A stretch of DNA of 64,000 nt from Octopus sinensis (lineage: Eukaryota), in the NCBI RefSeq assembly GCF_006345805.1, contig NC_042999.1:86118001-86182000 (forward strand), read 5' to 3'. The position numbers and the translations under genes were made by a program. Of the stretch, positions 1 to 13,886 are shown in pieces. The notes under the pieces are model-generated. The model worked only from the letters and a program-made list of their open reading frames with translations, had not been told where the DNA came from and ran no database searches. Numbering within the stretch: the stretch's first letter is position 1; the number at the start of each line of letters is the position of its first letter.

Positions 1-619
1 TAAAAACTAACGTATAAACATAAATTCGAAAGATAAACCTATAGCAAGAAAAAAAAGAACGAAATCAAACCTCAATAAACCTTCAGAAACTCAACTCACA
101 AAAGCTGAACCAGAATTAGACCAATGAAAATGAAGATGAGATAGTAAGTTCTATCAGTAGAAAGATGTGCGCTGGGAACCTTAAATATGACAATTGTATA
201 AATGATGTATTTGTGTTGTGTATGTTTATGTGCGTGTGAGTGTGTGCGTGCGCATGTATATTAGTGTGCATATGTACATGTGGAGTGTTTTATTTAAGAA
301 TTTAATAAGATAGACTATACACCCACGAAAGATCTCACAGTATAAAATTTAACGATAAGATGGTAGCAACGATAAAAAAATCCTCTATCTGTATCACATG
401 GACAGGGTGGAACCAGAAGCGAATATTAAAATCAACCGGATAAGTCAGTAATATATGTAACACATACATTAGTTGTATTAGAAGTGTGCTTCCTTACAGC
501 TTGATATAAGGATATATCTGAACCTATACAAACCTTACTGAAAAAAACGTGCAAAAAATATAAAAGATAAAATATAAGATCTCAATATCGTTTATGAAAT
601 AGATAGCAAAGAGACACAA

Positions 620-2990
620 ATGATAAAATACGTTATACAATGTAACATAAAAGAGGAACATACTCTATTAGTATTACAACATAACTTTAAAATATGCTTC
701 TGAAATGAAAGAGTACGTAAGAATTCTTCGTTAAGTCGCAAATAATTCGTTGTTATCAGAACAGTTTTTTAATCGAAACAAATAATTCTTCACTAAGCCA
801 AAGCAATGTTATCAACAATTATCTACAAACAAAATAGAAATCAATTTAGCGCCAACAACAAAAGAACTATAAACCTTGGCGGAAGAGAGCATCGGCAGTA
901 GATGGGTCACCACAAGGGAAAATATTAAAAACAACAAACAGTCACCAGAAAATCTCAAGAAGAAATAAGATTCAAAGAAGGTAACTCAGAATACAAATAA
1001 TTGGAAAATACCTGAAAATAACAGTAACAAAGTAGTTACAAAGCTATTCAAAGAACTATTGAAAGAGCCAGAAACAACTATCGAGAAAACACATCGTAAT
1101 CACCAAAACTGACAAAACACGGAACCTCCTAAAAGCATAGACCCATAAAATGTTTGTCTACAAAATTTTAGCAACAATATTATCGTACAAAATATACGTT
1201 CACTAGGAAAACAAAAGAAAATAAAAAACAACATAAGTTTGCTTATAAAGCGAAAAGAACTCTGCAAAGACGTATGAAACGATTAGTTGCTGATCACCAT
1301 ATCCGTAATTGATGAAGAAAAGCTAAAGCTAATCTGAACATGACATAGTGTTGTGTTTCCCAGTCATGAAATCTGAAAGCATGGACTATAACACCAGTAA
1401 ACACATATACGTCATATTAGTCTTTAGTAAATGAGAAGTAGTTTTAAAGAACCATCCAAACTAAAAAGAATTTATAAACATATATATATATAAAACAGTC
1501 GACATTAAAGGAGGAATATTTCAGGAACATTTTCTACACCTCTCCTTTCGTATAATTTCTGTCTATGATTAAACCAATATTCCTGGCCAGAGGCCAGAGT
1601 GGGGATGGATATGAAAGCAATAGCATTACAAACAACCATCTGTATATGGAGGACCTCGAGCCGTATGTCAAGCTGAAAAGCATCTTACGAAATTTATAAC
1701 GATTTAGGAAGATAAAAAATGGAATGGTATTTGAGTTGGAAAATTGCTTCAAAACATCCTTTAAGAAAAGATTCAAACCAGTGATAACCCATCAGTGAGA
1801 GAAAGAGAAATTAGATGATTCAACTAAAAACGAAGAATTCGAAATTTACTGAATTAGATGAATTACAATCAGATGAAAGAAAAGGTTAAGAAGGAATATT
1901 ATAAACAACTTCAATTAATACTAAAAGCTTAATGAAACAATGAGGCAATATGTATCAGTAATAGTCATTCCAGTAGTAAATTACAGTTATAATGTGCTCA
2001 ATAGGAAAGAAACGGAAAATAACGACAATATTTAAAACACAAACTTAAAAGTCAACACAGAAGGATATTTATCACTAACAAAAGAAGGGTTGGAGACTTC
2101 TGTATCTAGAAGACTATTATAAAATATCTGCTGCCTGTCTACAAAAATATCCAGTAAAGTGTAAAGAATAAAGGGAAGCATAAACAAAAGAAACCGTTTT
2201 CCGTTTTCAGAGAGGCCAAAAAGAAAAAAAACACAGAAGCTGGAGCAACAGGCAGCTGTGAGGAAGATGGTGAAATACTTTAGAAGAAGAAAAAAAGGAA
2301 AAAAAACACAAATAGACTTAAAACAGGATTACAAAATGTCACGCTAAAACTTTTGAGAGCAAAGCTTCGACAAGACCAGCAAAGTAGAAGTGGATTAAAA
2401 AAAGAGAGAAAAAAAAGAATTAAGACGAAATGGTTTTGATCGAGGTAGTAGATCAATGTCTTTCCACCAGAAAATATTCGAAACATATAATTAAGCAGTA
2501 TAAATAAAAAAACAAACAAACAAAAATTCATCAGTAAATTATTTGGAGTCTATGAAGAAACAATTAATCACATTGTTTCTTGCCGTCCAGTCTTAGACAA
2601 AAGCCGAGTATATTAATAGACATGGAATAATTAGAAGTTTTTTTTACAACGGAAATCATTACAGTATTTTGGAATGCACAGAAAAGAATTTATAAACACA
2701 TGAAAACATTAAATTGCCTGAAATAATGACAAAGTAGCGACATGCCGATTAATGCAGAAAAAGAGATTAAAACAAATCACCCACAAACTCTTGTCAGAGA
2801 TCATTAAAATCGAAATTCTCCTAATCAATGTATAAACTTCTCCGGACAAGAGATTTCTGAGTAAAACGGAGAAACAATCTCCGTAACAATAGGTACCTTG
2901 GAAAAATATGATGAAGAGCAGATATATATAGAAGCTAAACTGTAGGATTACACATACATTGTACCATAAGGAACAGTTAGGTGCAGCAGG
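620..2990 (+). mobile_element. Heavily decayed RLE-clade (R4/Dong-like) LINE, RT region to 3' end
   Basis: Broken frames give NHLYMEDLEPYVK at ~1632-1672 (cf. NHLLYMDDLKLYAK) and remnants of the HPKxDxDRLY and PVxIGxLG motifs. Many stops and frameshifts. Confidence 0.65.
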
Positions 2991-3099
2991 TGTCTCAGTA
3001 CAAGGTGTCTCAGTACAAAATATAAATAAAAATCTAACAGAACATTCTTTTTTTTGAGAGAATATGCAATAACAACAATCCCATTAAAATATTTGTCTC

Positions 3100-3590
3100 T
3101 AATTTAGGCACAAAGGCAGCAATTTTGAAGGGAGGGTAGGTCAATCCCAGTCCTTCAACGACCCTTAAAGGATGAAAGGCAAAGTTAACTTCAGTGGTAT
3201 TTAAATTCAGATCGTTAAAGGAGTGGAAGAAATTCAGCGTGGTATTGATTCTAATATAAAAGTTAAAAGGCCTAGGGTTTTCTTTTGGTGGGGGAGGGGT
3301 GTTAGTCAGTACCGTCGATCCTAGTACTTGATTGGTATTTTATTTTATCGACCTCGAAAGAGAGAAAAGCAAAGTTGATCTCTACGGAGTATGAACTCGG
3401 CACATGGACTGCCGGGAAACTAGTGGAATGCATTTTGTTCGAAGCTCTAATGAATCTTCCGGCTTACCGATTTAAGACAACTAAAATAAAAATACCAATT
3501 TGAAGCATAAGCAAGGCCTGAAATTTGGAGGAAAGAAACAGTGGATCATAGTTGTTTACTCATTTATTTGTCAACCCCGAAAGCGCGATG
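3100..3590 (-). mobile_element. Three adjacent partial copies of tRNA-derived SINE family B
   Basis: Repeated diverged block aaaggatgaaaggcaaagtyracyt..gg.attt.aa.tcag, shared with many other copies in the window. Confidence 0.65.
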
Positions 3591-4254
3591 GATAAAACTA
3601 TATTAAAAGGACAAATCACAAAAATGGTAGGGTTCAAAATAGAATCTAGTACGAGACAACAGACAAAAATGATTATACAATAGAAACATAGGGCAAAACA
3701 CAACAATCAAACTAACAAATGACAGAAGCGGTATTTGCTCTCATCACCCTATGCTCAATCTTTCAGGGTTAGTTTTTTCTCAGTTGATTTCTGCGCCGCC
3801 CAACTAGTAATCTCGACCCAATTTTTATCTACCTGGAAGACTGACTCAAGCCTGATTCCTATTATCTTAATAGAACATTTGATCCAGCAAGCTGTGATGT
3901 CGGCCAAGTATGCCGCACTGTAAACCTACTCACTTGTCATGAGTTATGTGCTGTTTCTTTTGTCACTCGTATTCCTTCAGTTCGGTGCTAACCAACCCAA
4001 TTTTTGCGGTGACGTTCAGTCGCTTATACCAACGCTACCTTCTCAGGATGCCATTATGCAGCCCTCACCTCAACATTTGCTAAAGAACAACAACATACAA
4101 AAGTTATGTGAAATAACACAGTTGATGGACAAAGTATGTGATTCGAAACAGTTCCTATAGACAGCAATTTAGCCTGACCATCGAAGAAGCTGCTGACGAC
4201 GGAAGTGAGCCAACCTCTAAAAAAAGAAATCAATACCGACACGGCTGTTGGCTG

Positions 4255-4304
4255 CGGTGGTGGTGGTGGTGGTGGTGCTACTACTACTACTACTACTACT
4301 ACTA
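4255..4304. repeat. Compound microsatellite (GGT)n(CTA)n
   Basis: Seen directly; abuts the 5' end of a truncated LINE. Confidence 0.95.
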
Positions 4305-5350
4305 AAGTGACTGCATTTGCACTATACCACCCAAAATCGGATATTGAAAGACGATATTGATATTTACCAGGAATACAAGACAGTAGGGGTCTTAAAACTA
4401 TTGCAAAATATCCACGATAAAGTATGCAGTAAAGAATCCTGGAAAATTAGTACAGATAGGTACAAAACATGGACAGAAAAAACCCCCCAAAATGTCTCTT
4501 TTTTTGCTTTCAAGGAAGCCAAGAAATACAAAACAGATGTTGCAATAACAGACAATTATGAACAAAATAGAGAAACAACAGAATTCCTAAAGCAGTAAAA
4601 ATTTAACTAAAATTGGGACCAAAGAATGCCCGAATAAAACAGTAGCAAGAAAATAATATCGGAAAAAACTGAACTGAGGGGCAAGTACAGGACTTAAAGG
4701 AAAGACTAACGGTTTTTTTTGTTGAAACACAGGACCAAAGCTTCCCCACCAAAAAAAATCACCAAAATTTAATAATGAAGGATACACTAACTACAGAATA
4801 TATGGAAACGGGAAGAAACAACTAACCACATTATCTCTGGGTGCTCAATCTGCCACGGAAAAATATATTCATAGATATGGCAGAATTGAGATATATGTAC
4901 CGTAGAAGTCATGCTAGCATTATAAAATAGAACAGAAAAAAAGATGGTTTTGAGATACACCAGAAAAAGCTTTCCGAGAATGGAAAAGCATCTATACTCT
5001 GGAATATATCAATATCCATAGACAGGAAATCAAGGCTAACCGACCGGATATTGTTGTCAAGGCATTTAGGGAAAGAAATACTGCTTAATCGATATATAAG
5101 AACCGAGAGATGATAATGTACCGCTAAGTGATAGGGAAATTATCAAAAGATAATGATAAAAAATGCCCGCAAATACATAACAAAAACACAAGGAATTACA
5201 AATATACATATATAGAAAATAGAACTACTTGGCATCTCACACATGTTGCATTGAGTACTTTCAATACAGTAATAATATCAAAATCAAAAACAAAACACCG
5301 CACAAACACAAGGCACACAGAACTGAACCCGATGGTGCAGTGAAAGCTAA
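4305..5350 (+). mobile_element. 5'-truncated R4/Dong-like LINE (RT thumb to RLE endonuclease)
   Basis: HPKSDIERRY-like motif at ~4327, a zinc-knuckle remnant at ~4800-4860 and KANRPDIVVK at ~5032-5060 (PD of the PD-D/ExK nuclease). Confidence 0.75.
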
Positions 5351-5397
5351 CAATAACAAAAGACAACTGAATAAAAACAATTACAATGATTATGATT

Positions 5398-6166
5398 CTG
5401 GCCAGCCACAATTTCGTGGAGAGGGTGTTAGTTGATTACATTAATCTTAGTGCTCAACTGGTACTTATTTCATCGATCCTAAAAGAAAGTCGACTTCCGC
5501 GGTATTTGATTGGAAGATTAAAGAAAATTCCACTTAAATTTACTGAAACGTAAAGGCTATGAAATAAATACCCCACCCCACACAATAACGATCTTTTGAG
5601 CAGTTTTCCTTATCGTGCTGCCAATTACCCGTCGTTTGTTATCCGCTTCCGGAAGACAGATGACATCTAAAAACAAGCCGGTCAGTCAAGAGAATCTATT
5701 AATCGTATCTACGAAGTTTGATTGTTGGTTAATTTATTCAAATATTTGAATTAATAAAAATATAGGAAATATTGGTAATATGTATAGGATAAATCTAAGT
5801 ATACACAATAACTTGTAAACTTCTTACTTTCATGCAAAATCAGTTTTTGAGGAGGAAGAATATAATCAGTCACATTGACCAGTTGTGTGACTGGTATCTA
5901 TTTTAACGAAGCTGGAGGTAAGTGAAAAGTAAACTTGATCTTAATATTGATAACAGATTTTGGCACAAGACCAACACATTTGGGAGAGAGGATAAGTCGA
6001 TTACATCGACCCCAGTGTTCAACTAGTACTTATTTTATCGACCTCAAAAAGATGAAAGGCAAAATCAACTCCAGCGGAATTTGAACTCAGAACGTGATGA
6101 CGGACGAGATACCACTAAGCATTTTGCCCTCGACATGCTAACGATTCTGCCAGCTCGCTACCTTGA
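5398..6166 (-). mobile_element. SINE family B copies (5398-5630, partial ~5860-5945, 5955-6166)
   Basis: 5955-6166 is near full length. Read on the minus strand it has the head ggtagcgagctggcagaatcgttagc and B-box gagttcaaattcc. Confidence 0.8.
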
Positions 6167-7224
6167 AGCTTGTTCTTAATATCATTCAGATTGAGACGTG
6201 AAAATGTGAAATGAAGTACCATAAAGAATTCATTTCATAGCTTAGCTGTTTTGGCTGTCTCCATCACGGTTTGAATCATTAGCTCAGCACATATAATACA
6301 GATTAGTTACTATTATCATTGTTGAGTTGTACTCCCAGTCACCTCTGCTCAACCACATATATAGCACAGAAGTAGTCGATTGAATAACTTATCACACCAG
6401 ACTAATCATGCATCAGCACTTTCTGGTATGAGTCCGTAATATGGTTACGCTCTATATTTCCAAGAGTTTCGAAAACAGAGATTTGATCCAAACCGACATT
6501 CCGTTTTTCTTACAAATAACCAAATCTATCGGTGGCACATTTCATGTATGTCCTTGTAAATGAAAATAAAACTAATGAGATTAAACTTGTTCCACTTTGT
6601 TATCATTATAGATAGTACGGGAAATATTTCAATTAGATATCATAGATTGTTTGTTATGTTAAATGCTATATTATTGTTGGAAACTATCAGGAGAGGATGA
6701 TATTTTGTATATATATTCAATGAGTACAAGAACAAATGAGAAAAGTCGTTAGAATAGATAAGGATGAAAAAGAAAGAGCAAGTAGTAAGTGGGACACGAT
6801 GGGTGATAAAGAACGAAAGAAGCAATTAAAGAATAAGAAAGAGATTGATAGATAGAATATAAGATGTGGGAAGGAGAGAGAGAAAGAGAGGCGGAGAGGG
6901 AGAGAGATCTGCACTTTACGAAGTAAAAAGGAATCTGTTGACAGAAAGAATAGTTATTCTACGTGTCAGTTGGCTTAATTGATTAAAGTCTGCCTTTACA
7001 TCGACACTCATGTGAAATTATGGAATCAGAAGTTAGGCTTCCTGTGAATTTGAATGGCCACCAATCTGTCTATTCATACAAGACACGTAAGGAACAAAGA
7101 GTGTTACTGCGCAGTCGTGAGGCTATCCGACTACGTGCAAGAAATGGTTGAAAATAAATCAAGTTATTTTCGGCTTTCATTTCAGCGTATTTAACTTGCT
7201 ATAGCTTTACTTTCTAAAATATTT

Positions 7225-7253
7225 ATTATTATTATTATTAGTATTATTATTAC

Positions 7254-7313
<60 letters not shown>

Positions 7314-7332
7314 GTTGTTGTTGTTGTTGTTG
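7225..7332. repeat. (ATT)n(GTT)n microsatellite
   Basis: Seen directly. Confidence 0.95.
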
Positions 7333-7414
7333 GCGAATTTATTTATTGATTGAATTTAATTATCCAGCTGAAGGTGAACAGTTTTTCTTTTAATATGGTA
7401 ATTTACTTTTGTTG

Positions 7415-7446
<32 letters not shown>

Positions 7447-8253
7447 TGTGCATGTGTTTATGCATGCGTGTGTATTTATATATATGCGCGCATTCTGTTA
7501 AGTGAAATGAGAAACAGCTCCTCTTTCAAGCATGTCGGGGTGAAAAGACGGCTATAACTTGTTCAAAACATAATGTGAAGCTTTACAATTTTTATTGTTC
7601 ACAAAAATCAGATAAAGATTTTCTAAAAGTTTTATGTTCTGCTCATATAACACTCATTCTGAAAATTTATTTCAGGTTCATAAGTTCATCTTCATTCTCC
7701 CACTTAGGGTGTTGATTTTGTCAATCTTCTGCCGCCTCTTACCCGCTAACTTTTTCTTAAAGATACGCTTGATTCTTTGAATTAGGGCGACCTGTGTAAT
7801 CTTTCTGTGCTCTTTGTAACAGTATGAGAAAGAGGGTGGAGATTTTAGTGTACTTTTAGAGTTACCTACACGGAAGCTTGATAATTTTTTAAAAACAATG
7901 TATGCACGGTGCTCTACCTTTAAGATGCAACGTCATCCACCTGAAAAATCTCATATAAACTTCACCAGTGTCCGCGAGTCAAATACCAATAGCAACTTGG
8001 TGGCTGGCGCGAATACGATAAAAAAAAACTGCAGTATAAAAGATGGAGAAGGCACGTGAGGGCTCTCCTCTCATGACAGGAATAGTGGGTGGAGATGATG
8101 AGTGGATCTACCTGGGGAGAATATGTTCCAACGTTATGGGTCTTCGAAAGAGTATGAAGATTTACATACCACATTGGTTATTGTTGTGTAAACCTCTTGT
8201 GAGAACGTCTCTGTTGGGGTTCTCTGCTCTGTTTTGATGCTGGATGAGTTTTT

Positions 8254-8292
<39 letters not shown>

Positions 8293-8845
8293 ATTACTTT
8301 TGGTGACAATGTACTTATTATCAGAAAAGAAGTGATTGGTTTTTTAATTTTTATAGTATGTAGTTTACGAATATAATTGGTGTAATCTAAAGTTGATTTA
8401 GTATGCTTCGCAAAATCTTTCCTAGGTTTTATGTCTTAAATAAGAATTAAGACGAAGAATTGAAAGATTCGTTAGAGCGTCAGACACAATAGTATTTGAA
8501 GAATTTGGCTCCTTAATTTTTGAGTTCAAATACCTCCGAGGTTAACTTTGCTTTTAATCATTTCAGGGTCAATAAAAGAAAATACCAGTCAAGTACTGAA
8601 GTCGATTTAATCGATTGATTACATTGATCATCCAGATTTCGTCTAACAATGACACTAAGGTTCAGAATTCAGAGTGAATTTCCTAAGGGAAAAGCGAATG
8701 AGGGTGTAAACTCCAATACCACATTGAGGAACCGTGGCTCCAAGCATTATTCGTTGAGAAAAGGTATAATGATAGAGCAATGTCATACTAACCTAAAATT
8801 ACTTGGAAATGTGGCGCGTCCATCATCGTGCGTGGAGCAAGTTAA

Positions 8846-8856
8846 TAATAATAATG

Positions 8857-8935
<79 letters not shown>
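8846..8935. repeat. (AAT)n microsatellite
   Basis: Seen directly. Confidence 0.95.
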
Positions 8936-8936
<1 letters not shown>

Positions 8937-9140
8937 GTTATAGATGCATTAGGAACTATCCCTAAATATCTGAACAGATGGTTAGAGAAAATAGGCATAA
9001 GGCTCAGTTTAGTACAGCTGCAGAAAACAGTGTTATTAGGGACAGCTAGGATACTTAGGAAGGTTCTTGGCATCTAAGGTCACTTGTTGTAGCCCGATAG
9101 GAGGTTTCTTGGCGTCTAAGATTACCTGTTGTAGCCCGAT
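8934..9140 (+). mobile_element. Extreme 3' end of an R4/Dong-like LINE with a duplicated terminal ~40 bp
   Basis: IVIDALGTIPKYLNRWLEKIGIRLSLVQLQKTVLLGTARILRKVLGI* (stop 9075-9077) is the typical C-terminus of RLE-clade ORFs. Confidence 0.85.
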
Positions 9141-9146
9141 GTTAGG

Positions 9147-9293
9147 GTTCTGAGTTCAAATTCCGCCGAAGTCGACTTTGCCTTTCATCCATTCAGAACC
9201 GATAAAATAAATACCAGTTGAGCACTGGAATTGATGTAATCAACTGACCACCTCCTCCAAAATTACTGGCCTGTGCCAAAATTTGAAACCAAT
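9147..9293 (+). mobile_element. SINE family B, 5'-truncated, plus orientation
   Basis: gttctgagttcaaattccgccgaagtcgactttgcctttcatcc...ggcctgtgccaaaatttgaaacc. Confidence 0.85.
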
Positions 9294-10098
9294 ATGTAAA
9301 TGCGTGACATGTCCTACAGACTCCTGTGTCTCTAATATCTATAAGGTATTTTCAATAGCCTTCCGAGGGAAGGGTTGATATATCCTATTTCGAGAAGCTC
9401 TGGTCTACATAGTCAAATGAGAATCCACAGTATTTAAATCTGGTGGGCAATCAATCAACCTTTACTCCGCACGAATTTCGACGAGACATTAATTCAGCGG
9501 GCATATTTGACTTCAATTGGTGTAAACTTAGCTTTATTATTTACTAACAGAACAAATTAATGAGTTTAAGTTTGGTTTTAATTTTAGTTGAGGATACCTT
9601 TTCATGAGACAACATGTTCTTCTGTCGTGTAATGGGTATATGACTTATTTACCTTACTGATGACGATGTTCTTAAGTTCATGTAGAACAATCATGTGTCT
9701 TGTATTGGAAGAGGACTCCACTTTCCACGGCTTCGTGAAGTTATCGATAGTATATACTTTACACTTGAATTCGAGGCATTCAAAGTTTTAAAATATTTGA
9801 ATTTTATTTTGTCTGTAGATGCTGTTATGAATTAGTTTTGTAGGACAAATATTTCCTAAATCCATCGCAAGATTCGCTAGATAGGGATTCGATAGATAGA
9901 GATTTCTGGCAACAAAAAGCAACGTAGAGCGATTTATCTTTCTTTATACATAACGCTACACTTCAAAATTAAGAAATGTTTTGATGATCAATCCACATAA
10001 TATTCATATATCTTGTATCATAGTTTACAATTATAACTGCTTACAAACACACATTCATAAATAATTACATACATTCATACATATATTCTTTCAGGCAT

Positions 10099-10161
10099 AT
10101 CCATCCATCCATCCATCCATCCATCCATCCATCCATCCATCCATCTATCCATCCATCCATG
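10099..10161. repeat. (CCAT)n microsatellite
   Basis: Seen directly. Confidence 0.95.
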
Positions 10162-10284
10162 CATACACGTACCTATGCCTGTATTTATGATCATACACGC
10201 ATACACACATACATATCTTACGATATGTATGACACGTTCTTTGTTACAGGTAGCATCATAAAATATGTATTCATGCATGCATAC

Positions 10285-11036
10285 ATGTATAGATATCTTA
10301 CAATGGTACCTGCAACAAAGAACGCGTCATTGAGGAACGCCGGATAAGGAAAATGGAAACCTCAGAGCTCTCTGCATGCTATAAAACAGTGGCCCAGAAT
10401 GTGTTTGTAGTGCTAGTACTCGTACCAGCATTTGGGCTACTTGATCGGACGGTTGATGAGGTCCGAGCCATTTATGTGAAAACCCGGAAGATACTGACCA
10501 GCACGAATAATTTTACACATCATCAGTGACGTAGACCGCATCTTGCTAAATCGAAAACAAAGAGGCAGAAGCTTAACATTGATTCTGACAACTTTTTGAA
10601 TGTCACATCATATCCCTTCGGTAACATTTATTAACCATTAAATGTCAAAGTGCATCCATTAACCAAGTTTGAATACATGGGACAGATAACATAAGGAGAC
10701 TTGGAAAGTAACTCCTGAAGAAACATTCCCTGTCTGCTAACTTTGAATACATGTCCAAAGAAATTGCAAGTCTCTACCGTAACACATCATCAAATGAAAG
10801 GATGAATGCTTACCAGCAGAAGACCACGCACAGATATGTTAGCAGAAGGCTCCAGAATGACAGCAACATTGATACATAAATTAAAACAAAAATCTGCAAA
10901 TACACAGAATCCAAATATTGCACACATACAAACATACATCATGCTAATCCTGTTTAAAATTCCAATGAAGGAAACTTAGATCTAAGTTATAAACCATCCT
11001 TGTCTATTGGCAAGAAATCTAGAATTAAAACTAAAC
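10285..11036 (+). mobile_element. Internally deleted RLE-clade LINE of the (CATA)n-associated family
   Basis: SELSACYKTVAQNVFVVLVLVPAFGLLDRTVDEVRAIYVKTRKILT at ~10362-10500. Its 3' UTR (ttccaatgaagg...ttagatcta.gtta.aaacc...tctattggcaag) matches 16470-16545. Confidence 0.75.
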
Positions 11037-11037
11037 A

Positions 11038-11212
11038 GGCGTAGGAGTGACTGTGTGGTAAGTAGCCTGCTTGCCAACCACTTGGTTCCGGGTTCAGTCC
11101 CACTGCGTGGCACCTTGGGAAAGTGTCTTCTACTATAGCCTCGAGCCGACCAAAGTCTTGTGAGTGGATTTGGTAGATGGAAACTGAAAGAAGCCCGTCG
11201 TATATATGTATG

Positions 11213-11264
<52 letters not shown>

Positions 11265-11492
11265 TGTGTATGTGTGTGAGTGTGTGTATGCATTTCTGTG
11301 TCTGTGATTGTCCCCTCCCACCATCGCTCGACAATGGATGCTGGTGTGTTTACTTAGCGGTTCGGCAGAAGTGACGGATAGAATAAGCTCTAGGCTTACA
11401 AAGAATACGTCCTGGAGACGATTTCTTCGACCAAAGGCGGTACTCCAGCATGGCCGCAGTTAAGTGACTGAAGCAAGTAGAAGAGTGAAGAG
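11038..11492 (+). mobile_element. Full-length tRNA-derived SINE family A with internal (TA)/(TG)n
   Basis: Head ggcgtaggagtgactgtgtggtaag, B-box ggttcagtcc, tail ccagcatggccgcagt...aagagt. Homologous copies at 26968, 30909 and 58862. Confidence 0.9.
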
Positions 11493-12753
11493 CATACATA
11501 TTTTAATACCCCACAACATATACATACCAACATACATACATACATACATACATACTACATACATACATACATACATACATACATACATACATACATACAA
11601 ACTCCTGTATATTCATAACAACATGCAGATAAATACACATACAAAACTGGAGCATTTCCCATCCTTACATCTGAAAGTCAGGAATCATGGCTAGTAATGA
11701 AATAATTTGTGGCTTTCATGCATGAGCTATTACTACTCAATTGAAGCATGTCAATATTAAAACTACTCTAAGAAGTACAAAATAATTATCAGTTATCTAA
11801 TATCTGAGTGAATCACACATTATAACATACCTCGTTTCATTACTTCATTTTAGCATTATAATGTATCTCGGCTCTGAATCTAACGCTTTCAAAACAAGGG
11901 TTATCACCGTAATCACCCCTATCATAACTATGTAGTTGATCGTATTGCTACTATTAATATCTAACTATTAATATTACAGTAAATCTATAACAAATTATGC
12001 TGCTGAAATTATACACACAGACTCAGACACGCAGACACACACATACACGCATTGCATCATATAAAGGTATTATATCCATTTAAAATAACCACATACTGTT
12101 ATATTAACTTTTCATTATAATTTCATTATAATGATATTAGTATTAGATATCTCAGTTTTTCATCATTCGTATACGACCCGGATGTGGTACTTCATTGCAT
12201 GTTAAAGTTATGGTAACCTGATTTATTAACAACAGTATAAACTTAAACGTTAGTGATGCCGGTGGTATATGATTATCATTACATGTGTACAAGTAGAAGG
12301 TATTTGATTACAGGAGAAAATCTTAAGTAGGACTTAATGAAATCGCAAAATTTCTTTGCAGTTTTCGACAATCCAGTATTTGAAAGATACTTCATTAATT
12401 ACAAGCTCCACATCACCAAAGATACCATTTCAAAAATCTTTCACATATTTCCTAGATATAAAGCCTTTGATATGTTAAAAGGTTTAAATGAAAACCTGTA
12501 ATTATATAGAATGAATATTTTAAACAGTTGGAGTACATTTCACAAAAAATATACATTTCTTAATTCGCATTGCAAAGTTATATCGAAAAATTTCCTTTCG
12601 GGATTCCTTACAGTTCTTAATCCACTTTTTCACTTAGAACCCTATATTTGATAATTATAATCTGCTTGATTAGTGCAGAGAAATACAGAAACCCGTAATT
12701 GGGTTGGAGTTAACATTGATTAAAAATATGAGATAATGATAGATTTTACTCAC

Positions 12754-13004
12754 CAAGTTCCAAAACAGGACCAAACACTGTTTCATCACCGACTATGCTA
12801 CAATTCCATCGGCGATTTCGGAACTGATATTGGCACTCCCTGATTCCTAACTGAGCTCCACGACCAACACTTGGCATGTGGTCGTAATGTGTTTGACATA
12901 TTTGAATTTGGCCAACAGACAAACCTTTGAGACCAACACACATCGGGCGTGCTCCAAGCATGTACATCTTCCGCCATACCTCTCCACTCTGTAATCCCAA
13001 GTTC
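12754..13004 (-). CDS. Wnt5: Internal coding exon of a Wnt5-subfamily ligand (251 nt, phase 2 in, phase 1 out)
   Basis: Acceptor ttttttag|G and donor G|gtgagt. Encodes NLGLQSGEVWRKMYMLGARPMCVGLKGLSVGQIQICQTHYDHMPSVGRGAQLGIRECQYQFRNRRWNCSIVGDETVFGPVLEL(G). It has the Wnt ECQxQFRxRRWNCS motif and the Wnt5-type YxxGAxPxCxxLxGLSxGQ..CxxxxDHM and VFGxV signatures. Subfamily assigned from recalled motifs, no alignment run. Confidence 0.92.
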
Positions 13005-13795
13005 CTAAAAAATGGATTAAACTATCGTTAGAAATATAAATGTTATAATAATTCGAAAGAAGTTGGAAATAAAGATTTCTATGGTAAAATAGATGAAAAA
13101 TTTTAATAGCAGTTAGATTCACCGAAAAACTGACTGCTTAGAGACAAACACAACTCCCATTAGATAAAGGAAAGAAACATTTTACAAAACATGCAAAATA
13201 TTGAAATTGTGGAGCTGTACTCATTCTCTAAATAATTATCAAGCGGTTAGTAATATTTTAAGCATATACATCTCTACTTCTATCTTTGCGCAAAAATTAA
13301 GCAGAGTAGTTCTTAATGTTTTATATTTTCATTTTCCGATCTTAACCATTGTGCGATATTTATACTTACAGCTTAGCGGTGTTTAACACACACATTATAA
13401 AGATAAATGAACAAACAATTACGTTTATTCCATTATATGTGATAAATTTCTGCTATTTTAGTAAGACATTTGAGTAAGACATTTTATCATTTATCGATAT
13501 ATAAGGGAAAGATAATCAGTGAAGGGGTAACGGAAATGAAGGATGTAATATAATTGATTTTTTTTTTTATAGCTGTTTTTAAAAACTTGCACACCGCATT
13601 CAGTTCTATATCAGATATTGGCACCAAGTAAAACATATTTTATATTCTTTACAATTTATATATATATATGTACAGCAAAATTTAGATTCAGATGAATATA
13701 GTACTTAAGTTAAAGGCACCAGAATTTGGTATGGTATTATCCATATAAATCAAATGGGGTGATTGGATATCCTTGTTGCTTATTTTGAGTATATA

Positions 13796-13886
<91 letters not shown>

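Noticed and set aside
2989-3018. 15-bp perfect tandem duplication ggtgtctcagtacaa
   Set aside because: Ordinary slippage duplication.
3720-4250. GC-balanced block with several short ORFs
   Set aside because: No protein or RNA family recognised and no ribozyme fold found; probably part of an unclassified repeat.
7960-8240. Possible L1/Tx1-like 3' fragment before a (TG)n
   Set aside because: Similarity is too weak to support without a search.
1-12753. Search for the next Wnt5 exon (xREAAF...CGC...WxWGGC)
   Set aside because: Not found in any minus-strand frame; it probably lies left of the window.
13370-13449. Candidate upstream Wnt5 exon (..GINVIVCSFIFIMCVLNTAKL, donor CT|gtaagt, correct phase)
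   Set aside because: In-frame stop just upstream, poor acceptor, no Trp before NLG. T-rich DNA gives hydrophobic peptides by chance.
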